Positions 20,149-31,054 of a stretch of DNA of 64,000 nucleotides are shown here, piece after piece. The notes beneath the pieces were generated by a model that saw nothing but the letters and a program-made list of their open reading frames with translations, was not told the origin of the DNA and ran no database searches. Every line of letters begins with the position of its first letter. Positions within the stretch are counted from its first letter, which is position 1. The translations under genes and the position numbers were made by a program. This stretch comes from an uncultured Rivularia sp. (GTDB lineage Bacteria; Cyanobacteriota; Cyanobacteriia; Cyanobacteriales; Nostocaceae): positions 2,592,001 to 2,656,000 of the forward strand of contig OY762007.1 of assembly GCA_963665115.1 (NCBI GenBank), written 5' to 3'.

Positions 20149-21454
20149 ATGGCAAATACTTTTTCATTTCAACCGGAAACAACTTTCGAGGTAATAGACG
20201 GTGGGTTTGATGGTGAGTTTGACGGAATAGGAGATAGCGTTTTTCCCGGTAACTTTTTCACCGTGATACTTGGTAAGAGTGGTGAAGCTGCTGAATTTGC
20301 GGAATTTGATATCAGTAAATTATCAATCCCGGAAGGCGAAGTTATTACTAATACCAGATTTGAGGTAAAAATTACTGGTTTAGAAGTTGGTGGATTAGGA
20401 GCTTCTTTTGGTGATAATCCCGATAGTATCGGTGCGTTTGGATATGCGGGTAATGGGGTTGCTGATGCTTCAGACTTTGAAATAGGTGTCCTTTTAGATA
20501 CAGAGAATACGGTACTACCATCCGTAGGACAGCAGCTTTCTTTTGATGTTACCGATTTTATGCAAAACTTAGTTAAAAGCGATGAATCTTTCGCAGGAAT
20601 AGGTTTACGCGCTTTGGAGTTAGGAGGTATAGCGGTAGACCCCAACTTCTGTAAGTATGCCGATGTTGATAGTCGAAACCGCTGCGACAACTAATAATCT
20701 GACAGTAGCGACTGACGATGTGGTTACAGCTTCTCAAAATACACCTGTTGCTATTCCCGTTGCTAATTTACTTGTCAATGACAGCAATTTAGACGGTGAT
20801 TCTTTAATTATTACTGCCGTTAACAATGCTATCGACGGTACTGTAATTCTCAACGATAACGGTACTATCGATGATTTGGGTGACGACACGATAATTTTTA
20901 CCCCCAACCAAGACTTTAACGGAAACGCCCTTTTTGAATATACTGTGAGCGATCGCCAAGGTGCTACCGATATTGGTTTAGTTACAGTAAAGGTTCACAA
21001 TAATATCGACGGTACAAGCAGCAATGATAATTTGGAAGGCACCGATCAAAACGATATCATTCGCGGATTTGAGGGAAATGATTTCCTTTACGGTGGTAAT
21101 GGTAATAACCAATTAGATGGTGGTATCGGTAACGATGGTCTTTTAGGAGGAAAAAATCAAGATATTCTGATAGGTGGTGAAGATAATGATTTTCTTAATG
21201 GTGGTGCTGGTGCAGATAGCTTAACTGGTGGTACGGGTGCCGATAACTTTTACCTTGATGGAAATAGTTCTGCAACAGATATAATTACTGACTTTAACTT
21301 AGGAGAAGGTGACAGGATTACTACCTACAATAATCTTCTATTCCGCGATTTATCTTTTTCCGGTAACGACATTTTATTTGGAGACACGGTATTAGCAACC
21401 TTAGAAGGATTTGATACTACTTCTCTAAATTCGAGTCACTTTTATGCGATTTGA
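20149..21454 (+). CDS. Secreted Ig/cadherin-like + RTX Ca-binding protein (one extra C at 20640-20643)
   Basis: 'LLVNDSNLDGD..IFTP..DFNG...F.YTVSD..G' Ig-like repeat, GGxGxD nonapeptides, 'DIITDF'; removing one C fuses the two ORFs. Confidence 0.75.
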
Positions 21455-21827
21455 GGAAGTGGGAATATTAAGCTTGCTTGGATTTTTTTCCTAAAAATAC
21501 CTTTTGCGAAAATGCGAAAAGTAATAACAACATTATTCATTGTCTGAATAAAATGTAAGAGTTAGAGTTTGATTGCAGACAATTTTGATCGTAGATGTCT
21601 AAAATTGTAACTTTTAACTTTAACTCTTAATTCATTGAAAATAAAAAAGTAATGAATTGAAAACTTGAATTATTAATTAAATAAATTAAAGAAAACTACC
21701 GTAATTATATGTAATTTTTAAATAAGATTTATACATATAAAGTTATAATCTTAAATTCAATGACATTACGAAATCAGTAGGATTATTATTGTAGAAGTAT
21801 ATAGTAATTCTAGAAAGAATTTGTCAT

Positions 21828-22163
21828 ATGGAAAATGTAGATCGCCGCAAATTATTGTCAGCCCTATGTCATGGGGCGATATTCCTTAGCTCTACGCTCG
21901 TAGCTGTCGCTATACCCATTGCAATTTTGTTTACTACAGAAGATTCAGTTGTAAAAGCTAATGCTAGAGAATCCTTGAATTTCCATATTAATCTTTATAT
22001 ATATGGATTAATAGCTGCAATGCTGACTGTAGTTATTATCGGTTTTCCATTACTGATGGTTTTAGGTTTAATCAGTTTTATAATGCCGATTATCGCTATT
22101 GTCAAAATTTTAAACTCACCAGACGAACCTTATCGTTATCCATTTATTTTTCGTTTGGTATAA
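21828..22163 (+). CDS. DUF4870-type small membrane protein
   Basis: 'ALCH', 'ARESLNFHI', 'YRYPFIFR'. Confidence 0.8.
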   Translation: MENVDRRKLLSALCHGAIFLSSTLVAVAIPIAILFTTEDSVVKANARESLNFHINLYIYGLIAAMLTVVIIGFPLLMVLGLISFIMPIIAIVKILNSPDEPYRYPFIFRLV

Positions 22164-22404
22164 TCACCCATTTATCCATTTCCAAATGTAGAGGCGTTGC
22201 AGTGCAACGTCTTTTGTCGTTATGTTGCACAATCAAAGCAATCGTTAATAGAAACGCTATTGCAGGCATTTTCGCGAGAAAGCAAAATGCTAACACTACT
22301 GAAATTAATTTGAATGACTATATGTAATTTATTCAATTTAATCAACAAGCGTCATATAACTGATATACTCTGACAGATAAATACGAATTAGATTCAACCT
22401 TTTT

Positions 22405-22941
22405 ATGAACAGCGTCGATCGGCTACAAAATATTTTGGCTGATTCTCCTGTTGGTGCTGTATTGCCAGCCATATATCAACTCAACCTTCCCGATTGCTGG
22501 TTAGCTGGAGGTGCTTTACGAAACACAGTTTGGCGTTCGATTTTTGGCGAAGACTGTCAGCTATTTATCAAAGACTTCGATATTGCTTTTTTTGATGAAA
22601 AAGGCGATCGCAATCAAGAGTTAGCAGCAAAAGCAACTTTAACTAATCTATTTCCAGACTATGTATTTGATATAAAAAATCAAGCCAGCTTTGCTCGATG
22701 GCGCTCTGGCAAAAAAACTTTCACCAGCACTGAAGACGGAATCAAAAATTGGTTGCACACCACAGCAGCAATAGGTGTGCGCTTAAATAGTCAAGGTGAA
22801 TGGGAATTTTTTACACCTTATGGTTTAGAAGACTTATTTAACGGAATTGTTCGCCCAACCCCCACGAATATAGATAATCCAGACGCACAACGTAAGGCTG
22901 ATGGGTATTTGCAAAAATGTCCCTGCTTGCGACTGGTGTGA
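22405..22941 (+). CDS. Nucleotidyltransferase family protein (DUF925-like)
   Basis: 'WLAGGALRNTVW', 'KDFDIAFFD', 'KNQA', 'PYGLEDLF'. Confidence 0.8.
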   Translation: MNSVDRLQNILADSPVGAVLPAIYQLNLPDCWLAGGALRNTVWRSIFGEDCQLFIKDFDIAFFDEKGDRNQELAAKATLTNLFPDYVFDIKNQASFARWRSGKKTFTSTEDGIKNWLHTTAAIGVRLNSQGEWEFFTPYGLEDLFNGIVRPTPTNIDNPDAQRKADGYLQKCPCLRLV

Positions 22942-23003
22942 GGGAGATGGGGAGATATAGTTATTACAAAAAAATAGACGATCAACCGCACTTCTGGTGA
23001 ATG

Positions 23004-23055
23004 GTAGTGGGAGCATCTTGCTCCCTAGTCCGAGGGAGCAAGATGCTCCCACTAC
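23004..23055. repeat. REP-like hairpin
   Basis: GTAGTGGGAGCATCTTGCTCCCT...AGGGAGCAAGATGCTCCCACTAC; same family as 4415-4467. Confidence 0.75.
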
Positions 23056-23091
23056 TGAAATTAATTGGACTAATTTCTAACTATTTACCAT

Positions 23092-23121
23092 CCCCAATGC
23101 CCAATCCCCAATGCCCAATCC
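23092..23121. repeat. Heptamer tandem repeat (C/G)CCCAAT
   Basis: ccccaat-gcccaat-ccccaat-gcccaat. Confidence 0.75.
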
Positions 23122-23258
23122 TTAACTAATTTCCGATCGCTGTTGACTTCAAATTTATTATATGATACTAATGTACTAGTAAAGTAAATTTTAAATATAA
23201 ATTTAACGGTTGGGATTGAGAGATTCCACTTACCTCTGTTAATAGGAGAGCAGAATTT

Positions 23259-23672
23259 ATGAAGTTTAGCAAGGTTGATTTAAGTAAATTATTGGGGGTG
23301 TCTCATTCTGACGGATATTTACAGTTATTGCTCGACAGAGGTGACGAGTTAGAGTTTTTGGAGATACCAGCACCAATTCAGGCTTATGAAGGATTGCAGG
23401 ATTTAAATGAATTAATTGCTGAACCTCCACCGCTGTTAGAGGAAGAAGCATTTGCTATGTTGCCAGTAGCATCACCAATGGCAAGTGCGATTGGATACGA
23501 CTCTGAAAATGAGGTTTTGCAGATAGAGTTCAATAGCGGTGCAGTATATCAATTTTCAGATGTAGATGAGGATACCTTCGAGGATTTATACACATCTGAG
23601 GCTGTGGGTAGATATTTTAATCAGAATATTAAAGGTAGATATCAGTCTCAACGTATAGATAACTCCTGTTGA
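23259..23672 (+). CDS. KTSC-domain protein
   Basis: C-terminal 'SPMASAIGYD....LQIEFNSGAVYQF.DV....F..L....A.GRYFN.NIKGRY'; AGGAG RBS. Confidence 0.85.
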   Translation: MKFSKVDLSKLLGVSHSDGYLQLLLDRGDELEFLEIPAPIQAYEGLQDLNELIAEPPPLLEEEAFAMLPVASPMASAIGYDSENEVLQIEFNSGAVYQFSDVDEDTFEDLYTSEAVGRYFNQNIKGRYQSQRIDNSC

Positions 23673-23955
23673 GTTGTAGATATTGAGCAGTATTATTTAA
23701 GTGGATATAATGCTTACTCCATAAGAGTTTCAGGTATATCTATTATATTAAAATTTTAAAGTTTCCTGGTGCCACGGCTAATTGCTTTTTTTAAAGCGGT
23801 TAGCCTTTACTTTTCAGCGAACAGATAATTTGACCGCGAAAGACGGTCATCGGTGTACCGATGACTTTAATATAATCATTTTGAGCAGATTGCTTTTTTC
23901 CCTAAAGTCCAATTTATTAATGTTGATATACTTAGTTAAAATTACAATCTATACA

Positions 23956-24396
23956 ATGTTAGAAATTGCTGCTCTTTATTCTTCATTATTAATTGCTCAA
24001 GCACCGGCTCCATCACAAAAATTTTTAGACTTAAAGAGTCAATTGGAAAAATACGGTTTTCAGGTAGTACTCGAATTACCACCGAAGCGAGGTGCTTATG
24101 GTTTGTTAAACGCGGCTCGTAAAAAAATATGGATTAATCCAGTGGTTTTCGATTTAAACATTGCGACTCCAACTTTAATTCATGAATCCGTTCATGCAGC
24201 CCAAGTTTGTGCGGGTAAAGGGAAAATCAAAGCTTTAGGTTTGGAAATTCAACCAATTGCTAACGCTCGACGGCTTTTTCTACGATATAAAGATACTCAT
24301 AGACAAGATTTGGAAAGAGAAGCTTATGCTGTACAAACTCAATCTAATAGTTTTGAATTAGCTACAAATCTTCTGAACAAATATTGTAAGGAATGA
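23956..24396 (+). CDS. Hypothetical exported protein with HExxH motif
   Basis: 'LIHESVHAAQ...EREAY'; ATG at 23956 gives a short hydrophobic N-terminus. Confidence 0.65.
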   Translation: MLEIAALYSSLLIAQAPAPSQKFLDLKSQLEKYGFQVVLELPPKRGAYGLLNAARKKIWINPVVFDLNIATPTLIHESVHAAQVCAGKGKIKALGLEIQPIANARRLFLRYKDTHRQDLEREAYAVQTQSNSFELATNLLNKYCKE

Positions 24397-24453
24397 GGGA
24401 GTAGGGAGTAGGGAATAGGGAGTAGGAAGTAGGGAGTAAGGAGTAGGGAGTAA
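24397..24453. repeat. Heptamer tandem repeat (GGGAGTA)n
   Basis: About 8 imperfect copies between convergent genes. Confidence 0.8.
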
Positions 24454-24531
24454 TATTAATAAAACGGGGTTTTGCGTAAGTTTTGACAAAATAGCGGGCA
24501 AGATGCCCGCACTACAAGAGTGTATTTTTAG

Positions 24532-25645
24532 TTATGAAACGCCCCCACCTGCCGATTTAATCAATACTCCGGGCTGATATCCATCAGGGCGATCGCCAAC
24601 TGTTGCACCTCCATGAATCATTCCTTGAATTTCCCCATCAAAGAAACTGTAAGGAAACTGGGATTCTAGTTTACTAACGCTTTCAAGACGATTTGCAAGC
24701 TCTGGGGGAATGTCAAAATCCAATGCTTTGATATTGTCTTCCAACTGGGATAACTTTGAAGCACCTACAATAACTGATGCGATACCGGGACGATTTACCG
24801 TCCAATTGACGGCAACTTGTGCCATGCTGTGTCCCACTTCCTCGGCTACAGATTCTAATTCGGCGACAATTTTCCAGTTTCTGTCGCTAATTTTTTGAAA
24901 AGCTGGATTATCCACATCGCGAGTTGCATCAAGTCTTCCTTCTCCAGAGAATCCGCCTTCGCTAGGCTTATATTTACCGCTCAAAAGTCCGCTAGCTAAA
25001 GGGACTCCATACCATAGTACCCACTCCCAAATTTTGCCCGAGACTGATAAATTCCCGTTCGATGTTACGCTCAGTCAAGGAGTATTCTAATTGCAAAGCC
25101 GAAATTGGTTCATAGTTGCGATACTCCGCGATAGTTTGCGCTCTAGCGGCATACCATGCAGGTACATCGCTCAAACCTATATGACGCACTTTTCCCGCAC
25201 TTACCAAATCATCCAAAGTACGCATCACTTCCTCAGCAGGGGTGACTTTATCCCAGGTGTGGAGAATATATAAATCGATGTAATCAGTTCCTAATCGTTT
25301 GAGAGAACCTTCCACAGCCCGCATAATATTTTTACGTCCATTTCCTCCCGCGTTAGGGTTTCCAGGTTCAACGTTGTAGCTGAATTTAGTGGCAATAACA
25401 ACCTTATCGCGTAGATTGCGTTCTTTGGTAAACTTTCCCAACAAAGTTTCGCTGGTGCCATTCGTGTATAAATCTGCCGTATCGATAAAATTACCACCAG
25501 CATCGACGTAGGTATTAAACATTTGTCGTGCAGTCTCTTCATCCGCACCCCAACCCCATTCCGTACCAAAAGTCATCGTTCCCAGAGCAAGACGACTTAC
25601 GCGCAATCCAGTACGTCCGAGAGTATAGTAACTGTTAAGTGGCAT
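24532..25645 (-). CDS. Aldo/keto reductase (one extra base near 24997-25003)
   Basis: 'LALGTMTFG','NFIDTADLY','IATK','SLKRLGTDYIDLY'; correction restores 'WSPLASGLLSGKY'. Confidence 0.9.
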
Positions 25646-25788
25646 TTAAGATAGCTCCCCGTGTGTGTTAATTTCAGTTTAGTTATTTAGGGAGAGAGTT
25701 TATAGTAAATTCTTGCGGGGTTATATCAACATCTTGCTGTGATTAGGAAATATATAAATGTAATAGCTATAAAATTTAAGATTACAAA

Positions 25789-26310
25789 ATGGATTTAGAT
25801 AACTGGGTAAATATTGCCAAAGAAGTAGGAGCTATAGGTGAAGATGGTTACGAATTTAGTTCCAGTACAATGGCTCGTGAAGCAATAGAGATTCTTCTGG
25901 GAAAAGATAATTTAAAAGAAGCAGTTAGATATTATGTAGCACATAAACCGGGAAGCGAATTACTTAGAGGAGTGCTTTGGCAATTACATCCTTATAGCGC
26001 AATGGAAGAATGCTATAGAATTTTCAAAGAATCTAACAATTTAGATGAAAAAATCGATGCTATAGAATTACTTCGTGTTGTAGCAGATAAACGTGTATTA
26101 AAATGGGTTCCAGAGTTTTTAGAACATGAAAATCCTGGCATTCAAAATTGGGGAATTGGTATCGTAGATCAATTGCTTTTTTCTAGCCTTTGTGATGATG
26201 AAGATGTTGTTGAGATATTGGATAAAGCTAGAAACCATTCAAGTCAATATGTGAGAGAGAAAGCTGAATTGATATATTTTACGTTGGAAGATGGAGAAGA
26301 GCTTAATTGA
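25789..26310 (+). CDS. Hypothetical HEAT-like helical protein
   Basis: 173 aa, 'FLEHENPGIQ', 'HSSQYVRE' HEAT-like ends. Confidence 0.6.
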   Translation: MDLDNWVNIAKEVGAIGEDGYEFSSSTMAREAIEILLGKDNLKEAVRYYVAHKPGSELLRGVLWQLHPYSAMEECYRIFKESNNLDEKIDAIELLRVVADKRVLKWVPEFLEHENPGIQNWGIGIVDQLLFSSLCDDEDVVEILDKARNHSSQYVREKAELIYFTLEDGEELN

Positions 26311-26471
26311 TAAAACATAATTATCATGAATTCAGTATCAAGCATATTTATTATTTTGCGAAAAGAGATAATTTTTGATGAAATTAAAATTATGTTTAGT
26401 AAATATGATGCGTTGCACTCCGTGATAACAGTACCGTAAAATAATCCGGTTTAGTTCATAAATAATTAATT

Positions 26472-27239
26472 ATGAAGATGGAAGTCAATTTGCAACCAGA
26501 AGAATTTCACGACGCACTTCAAAAAGGTATGGGAAGAGCTTATTTACACGTTAATAAATATGGAGACAGTCAAGTAAGCGATAGTATTCTTTATTGTTGT
26601 TTGCATAATTTATCTTATAAGAAATATAATTCTCCGCATACTTATATAGCTTTTGCAAAATATGCTGTAGAAGCCGAATTTAATCTAGTATTTGAAAAGT
26701 TTCTCCATGAGACAAGAAAAGAACAAATAGTGCGTTACTTATGGATTTTTAGAAAGCGAGAAATTCCCATAATTGACGATAAACTTTTCCAGTTAGCAAT
26801 GTCTGACGATGGAGATATTCGCACTGCTGCTGTGGAAGCTCTTAAATTTTGTCAAGATAGCTCTATTCGTAATTTGGCTATAGATTTTAGTAAAAATCAA
26901 GATGATAAATTTGCTATTTGTTCTGTAGGGCTTTTTATCAAAAACTATCAATCTGGAGACAATAAATTTATTGAATCAATCCTTCCTAGAATAAATGATG
27001 AAGATACCAAGCATTTCGTTTGTATGGATTTAATCAAAATATTTGAAAGACACGCGCTAGATGAATTATTTACAAGCTTATTATGGGCTTATGAAAATAC
27101 ACCATGTACTTACTGTCGAGAAAATATAGTCAAAGCTTTAATAAATAGCAATTTGATGCCACAAATATTGGTTGATGAGTGTCAATTTGATTGCGTTCAA
27201 GATGTCCGGAATTTAGTCAGAGGATATACACGTGCATAA
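26472..27239 (+). CDS. Hypothetical HEAT-like protein
   Basis: 255 aa, 'DDGDIRTAAVEAL', CxxC 'PCTYCR'. Confidence 0.55.
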   Translation: MKMEVNLQPEEFHDALQKGMGRAYLHVNKYGDSQVSDSILYCCLHNLSYKKYNSPHTYIAFAKYAVEAEFNLVFEKFLHETRKEQIVRYLWIFRKREIPIIDDKLFQLAMSDDGDIRTAAVEALKFCQDSSIRNLAIDFSKNQDDKFAICSVGLFIKNYQSGDNKFIESILPRINDEDTKHFVCMDLIKIFERHALDELFTSLLWAYENTPCTYCRENIVKALINSNLMPQILVDECQFDCVQDVRNLVRGYTRA

Positions 27240-27722
27240 TAATCTAATTATTGATTTTTATCAAATTTCATCACCCCTAAATTCCCATGAAGCTGCTCAC
27301 AAACTAGCTCAACTTTTAGAAGTGCCTTACATCATGCAGTTACATATCAATATATTAGTAACTGTTTAGAATCGAGAGAAAAACAGGTATTTAGTATGGC
27401 TTTAGGTGATTTTTTGCGAGAACTTTTAAAATGTAAAATTGGAGAAATTGAAAAATAATCTTTCAAACTATCTCTCTTAATCTCTTTCCTCCGTGTACTC
27501 TGCGTCTCTGCGGTTTTTTATATATAATTATTTTGGATACGAAGAAAGTAATTACTCCTATTCCGCTACAAGATTACCGATAAAAAAATCGCAGAGACAA
27601 GCCACTGCGTTGTGGAGGTTCCCTCCGTTGTAGCAAGTGGGCATTTTTGAGAACTACCAGTGTTGTTTCTCCCCTTCTTGTTGGTATTGAATAGCGGAAG
27701 AAAATATTAATAAATCTACTAC

Positions 27723-27896
27723 TCACTTAAAAATTATAATACCTATAATCGAACCAATAAAGCCAGACAAACCCATTGCAAAAGCCATTCCTAAACTCTC
27801 TTTTGAAGAGTCTCCTTTTAATTTATGTCTTAGGAATGTAAGGAAGAAAAACGGTACGGCGAAAGACAAAACACGAATCCAATCATTTCTAGACAT
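27723..27896 (-). CDS. Small two-TM protein (57 aa), below the ORF-track cutoff
   Basis: Translated by hand: MSRNDWIRVLSFAVPFFFLTFLRHKLKGDSSKESLGMAFAMGLSGFIGSIIGIIIFK*. Confidence 0.45.
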   Translation of the reverse strand: MSRNDWIRVLSFAVPFFFLTFLRHKLKGDSSKESLGMAFAMGLSGFIGSIIGIIIFK

Positions 27897-28114
27897 CTTT
27901 TTAACTTCTCTAAATTTATCGAGGAGTAAACGGAATGTTGCTAATGATTTGCAGTTAAGGAAACCGCTTGTTTTACGGTATTTCGGTTGTTAAATCCAAT
28001 TTTAAAAAATTACTGTTGAAACTAAAGCCCGATTCTTGCGCTGTTATATCAAAATCTTGCTTTCTTGGTTTGATTTTGTAATTTAGTAATAATGTAAGAA
28101 CTTTTTTAGGTTAC

Positions 28115-29590
28115 TTAACTATTCAAATCTTCCACCACTTGCTCAAAATCACGAGCAAATATTTGTTGATTATATTTATCTAATTCTTTTTGGTTTGAAG
28201 AATAGCTAAGCCCTGTCATTGTGACTTTTTGCACGTATTCTATCAATGGGCGGCGTATACTTTCGTATTTATCAAACGCTTCATGAATAGCATTTTCATC
28301 ATCTAATTTTTCTGAAACCACAAGTTTATTAATAAGTTCTACAATAATTAATGCATCTTCTAAGCCTTGATTTACTCCTTGAGCGGCGAAAGGAGGCATT
28401 CCGTGGGCTGCATCGCCTACTAACACTACTCTACCGGCGTGCCAAGGTGGTTGCATATTTGCAGAATTCTCTTGGCTATGAAGGTTGGCGGTGTCGGGAA
28501 ATGGTAAGGAATCGGAAATAATGGCGCGGTGAATATAGTAAGTCCGGTGTTGCATATTTGCAGGGTTTGATATTCTTACTAATTCTTTAATCGCGTGGGG
28601 AAAATTGTTTTGTTCTAATTGTTGTAATGTGACTTCGATTCGAGAATTTTCGTGTAATTGATTTAATTCTACAGGAATATGGATGAGATATGTAAATTTA
28701 CCTGGTTTTCGGGTTAACAAAATCATTCTAGGAGGTTGTTCGGAAGCAAAATTATCCAATTGTACATCTTGAGTAATAGTAACTATTGGTAAATGTTGAA
28801 GAAATTTTTCCTGTATTTCTGTTTGAATATTACCGGGAATATCAGCTATTTCCGAACAAATTACGGCTGCATATCCAGAATATTCGGGACGGGAAAAAGT
28901 TTTATAACGAGTATTGTTATAAAGTATCTTGCGGACGGTAGAATTTATTCCATCTGCTGCAATAACTAATTTACCTCGGAAAGATTTATGCGCGGATTTT
29001 TCAGTATTAATATCAGCATTAATATTTTGAGGTTGATTTTGAGATTGATTTTGAATATTTTGTGCTTCAGAATTCCAGTGTGCGTAGGGATTAGCTTCTA
29101 CCGTCATATCCGAGAGACAATCTACTCGAACGCATTCGTTCTCTGTTTCGTAGACAACATCAATACAACGATGATTGGCTTTTACAAGTTCATCAGGAAT
29201 AATCGTTCTTAAAGTTGTTTGTAAATCAAACCAGCTTATGTTTAATTTACCTTCACTATAGTTTTCAAACCATTCGTTAAAGTCGAGTGCTATGCTACGT
29301 ATTGCCTCTCCTTGTAAATCTCTGACAAACCATTTCGGTAAAGGTTGAGGAGAATTATCTTGTTGAGTATTAATTCCTGCGGTTTTTTTGACTTCTTCGT
29401 AGGCTGTAATATTTAAATATCTTAAAGCTTTTAACCCATTAGCAAGAACATCTAAACCTTGTCCAACCTGACGAAAGGCTTTAGTTTGGTCTAAAACTAG
29501 AATATTTTCTATCCCTCGGTGACGCAAACCATTGGCTGTTGCTAATCCAACAGGTCCTGCGCCAACTATAATTACATCATAAATATGCAT
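28115..29590 (-). CDS. FAD-dependent monooxygenase
   Basis: 'VGAGPVGL', 'AADGINS.VR', 'LVGDAAH.M.P..AQG.NQGLEDA'; start at 29590 since the longer start lies in a repeat. Confidence 0.9.
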   Translation of the reverse strand: MHIYDVIIVGAGPVGLATANGLRHRGIENILVLDQTKAFRQVGQGLDVLANGLKALRYLNITAYEEVKKTAGINTQQDNSPQPLPKWFVRDLQGEAIRSIALDFNEWFENYSEGKLNISWFDLQTTLRTIIPDELVKANHRCIDVVYETENECVRVDCLSDMTVEANPYAHWNSEAQNIQNQSQNQPQNINADINTEKSAHKSFRGKLVIAADGINSTVRKILYNNTRYKTFSRPEYSGYAAVICSEIADIPGNIQTEIQEKFLQHLPIVTITQDVQLDNFASEQPPRMILLTRKPGKFTYLIHIPVELNQLHENSRIEVTLQQLEQNNFPHAIKELVRISNPANMQHRTYYIHRAIISDSLPFPDTANLHSQENSANMQPPWHAGRVVLVGDAAHGMPPFAAQGVNQGLEDALIIVELINKLVVSEKLDDENAIHEAFDKYESIRRPLIEYVQKVTMTGLSYSSNQKELDKYNQQIFARDFEQVVEDLNS

Positions 29591-29613
29591 AATAATTAGC
29601 CAGGGAATGTAAT

Positions 29614-29768
29614 TAGACATCTCCGGAAATAAACAAAAACCCCTCTCCAAACCTCTCCCCCACAGGCAGAGAGGCTTAATTTTCCCCCTTCCCTCGTAGG
29701 GAAGGGGGGTAGGGGGTTAGGTTTTACCGAAAAGTTGAAACCATATAAATGTTTTCCGGAGATGTCTA
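29614..29768. mobile_element. MITE/REP-like element with 16-bp terminal inverted repeats
   Basis: TAGACATCTCCGGAAA ... TTTCCGGAGATGTCTA enclosing C-rich/G-rich hairpin arms; no transposase. Confidence 0.6.
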
Positions 29769-30073
29769 TTGAGAGTCTCATAGCTAAAATTTTCTAAAGA
29801 ATTCTGAAAACGAAATTACTATAATATGTTCTCACGTCGATCTAAGAAGTACAATTTTAGAAACATTTATTTGCAGTTTGAGGAACAGATGAGACGGCGA
29901 ACGCCTTTATAAAATCAAGCCGGAGTGCAATACTCCAATGCTTTCAAGCTTTGTAACGAAAGCTAAAAAATTACCCACTCAGGTACTGTTATAGTTTCAA
30001 TATTTGTTTAACAATAATTTTTGGTACTCAAACTGTTGAGATAAAGACAATCCAACTTCTAAAATCTAAAATT

Positions 30074-31054
30074 GTGTTGACACAACCAGATTTAATTATT
30101 TCCACAGCAAATCTAACAAAAAGCTACGGTAGAAATTCAGTTGTTGAGAAGCTAAATTTAGCCGTACCTCGTGGCTCTATTTGTGGTTTTCTCGGTCCGA
30201 ATGGAGCGGGTAAAAGTACTACAATCAAGCTATTGCTGGGATTAGTAAAGCCAAGTAGTGGAGACGGTACTATTCTGGGTGAAAATATTGTTAGGGATAG
30301 CGTTAGTATTCGGGAGCGAGTTGGTTTTTTGGCTCAAGAGCCGCGTTTTTACGGATATTTAACCGCTCGCGAAACTCTACGTTTTGTAGCTTCTTTCTTT
30401 TTCAAAGGTTCCAATAGCCAAATTGAAAGTCGAATTGATGAAATTATCTATATTGTAGGTTTAGATGGCAAAGAAAACCGTCCGGTAAAAGGTTTTTCTG
30501 GAGGCGAGCGTCAGCGTCTCGGTATTGCTCAAGCTGCCATTAACGATCCAGAGTTAATTATTCTCGATGAGCCAGCATCGGCTTTAGATCCATTAGGAAG
30601 ACGCGATATGTTACAAATTATCGAAAGTTTTCGCGGCAGAAGTACGGTTTTTTATTCAACCCATATTCTTGATGACGTGCAGCGGGTAAGTGATATGGTG
30701 GTGATTCTCAACAACGGAAAATTAGTTGCTCAAGGCTCCATTCAAGAATTGCTTGCGGGGAATCGCAGTCAATTTCATTTAACAGTACGCGGTGATGGGT
30801 TGACTATAAAAGATAAATTAACAAATATACCTTGGATTAAAAATATAAATATCGAACTAGGAATTCCCGATGTTGATAATAATAGAACCAGTAAATTACA
30901 CGTTAACGTTACTAACCCAAATACCGCCGAAGACGAACTTTTACGTTTAGTAATTACAGATAGCGAAACGGTTGTCACAGAATTTGGACGGACATCTTAC
31001 CAATTAGAAGATATTTTTGTAAATTTAGTAGAGGGAGGCAAAAATGCTCGTTAG
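30074..31054 (+). CDS. ABC-2 type exporter ATP-binding subunit
   Basis: 'GPNGAGKST','FSGGERQR','ILDEP','STH'. Confidence 0.92.
   Translation: MLTQPDLIISTANLTKSYGRNSVVEKLNLAVPRGSICGFLGPNGAGKSTTIKLLLGLVKPSSGDGTILGENIVRDSVSIRERVGFLAQEPRFYGYLTARETLRFVASFFFKGSNSQIESRIDEIIYIVGLDGKENRPVKGFSGGERQRLGIAQAAINDPELIILDEPASALDPLGRRDMLQIIESFRGRSTVFYSTHILDDVQRVSDMVVILNNGKLVAQGSIQELLAGNRSQFHLTVRGDGLTIKDKLTNIPWIKNINIELGIPDVDNNRTSKLHVNVTNPNTAEDELLRLVITDSETVVTEFGRTSYQLEDIFVNLVEGGKNAR

Noticed and set aside
20169..20690. Antisense ORFs of 60-170 aa over long genes (also many in 33-63 kb)
   Set aside because: Shadow frames of well-supported genes, with no motifs of their own
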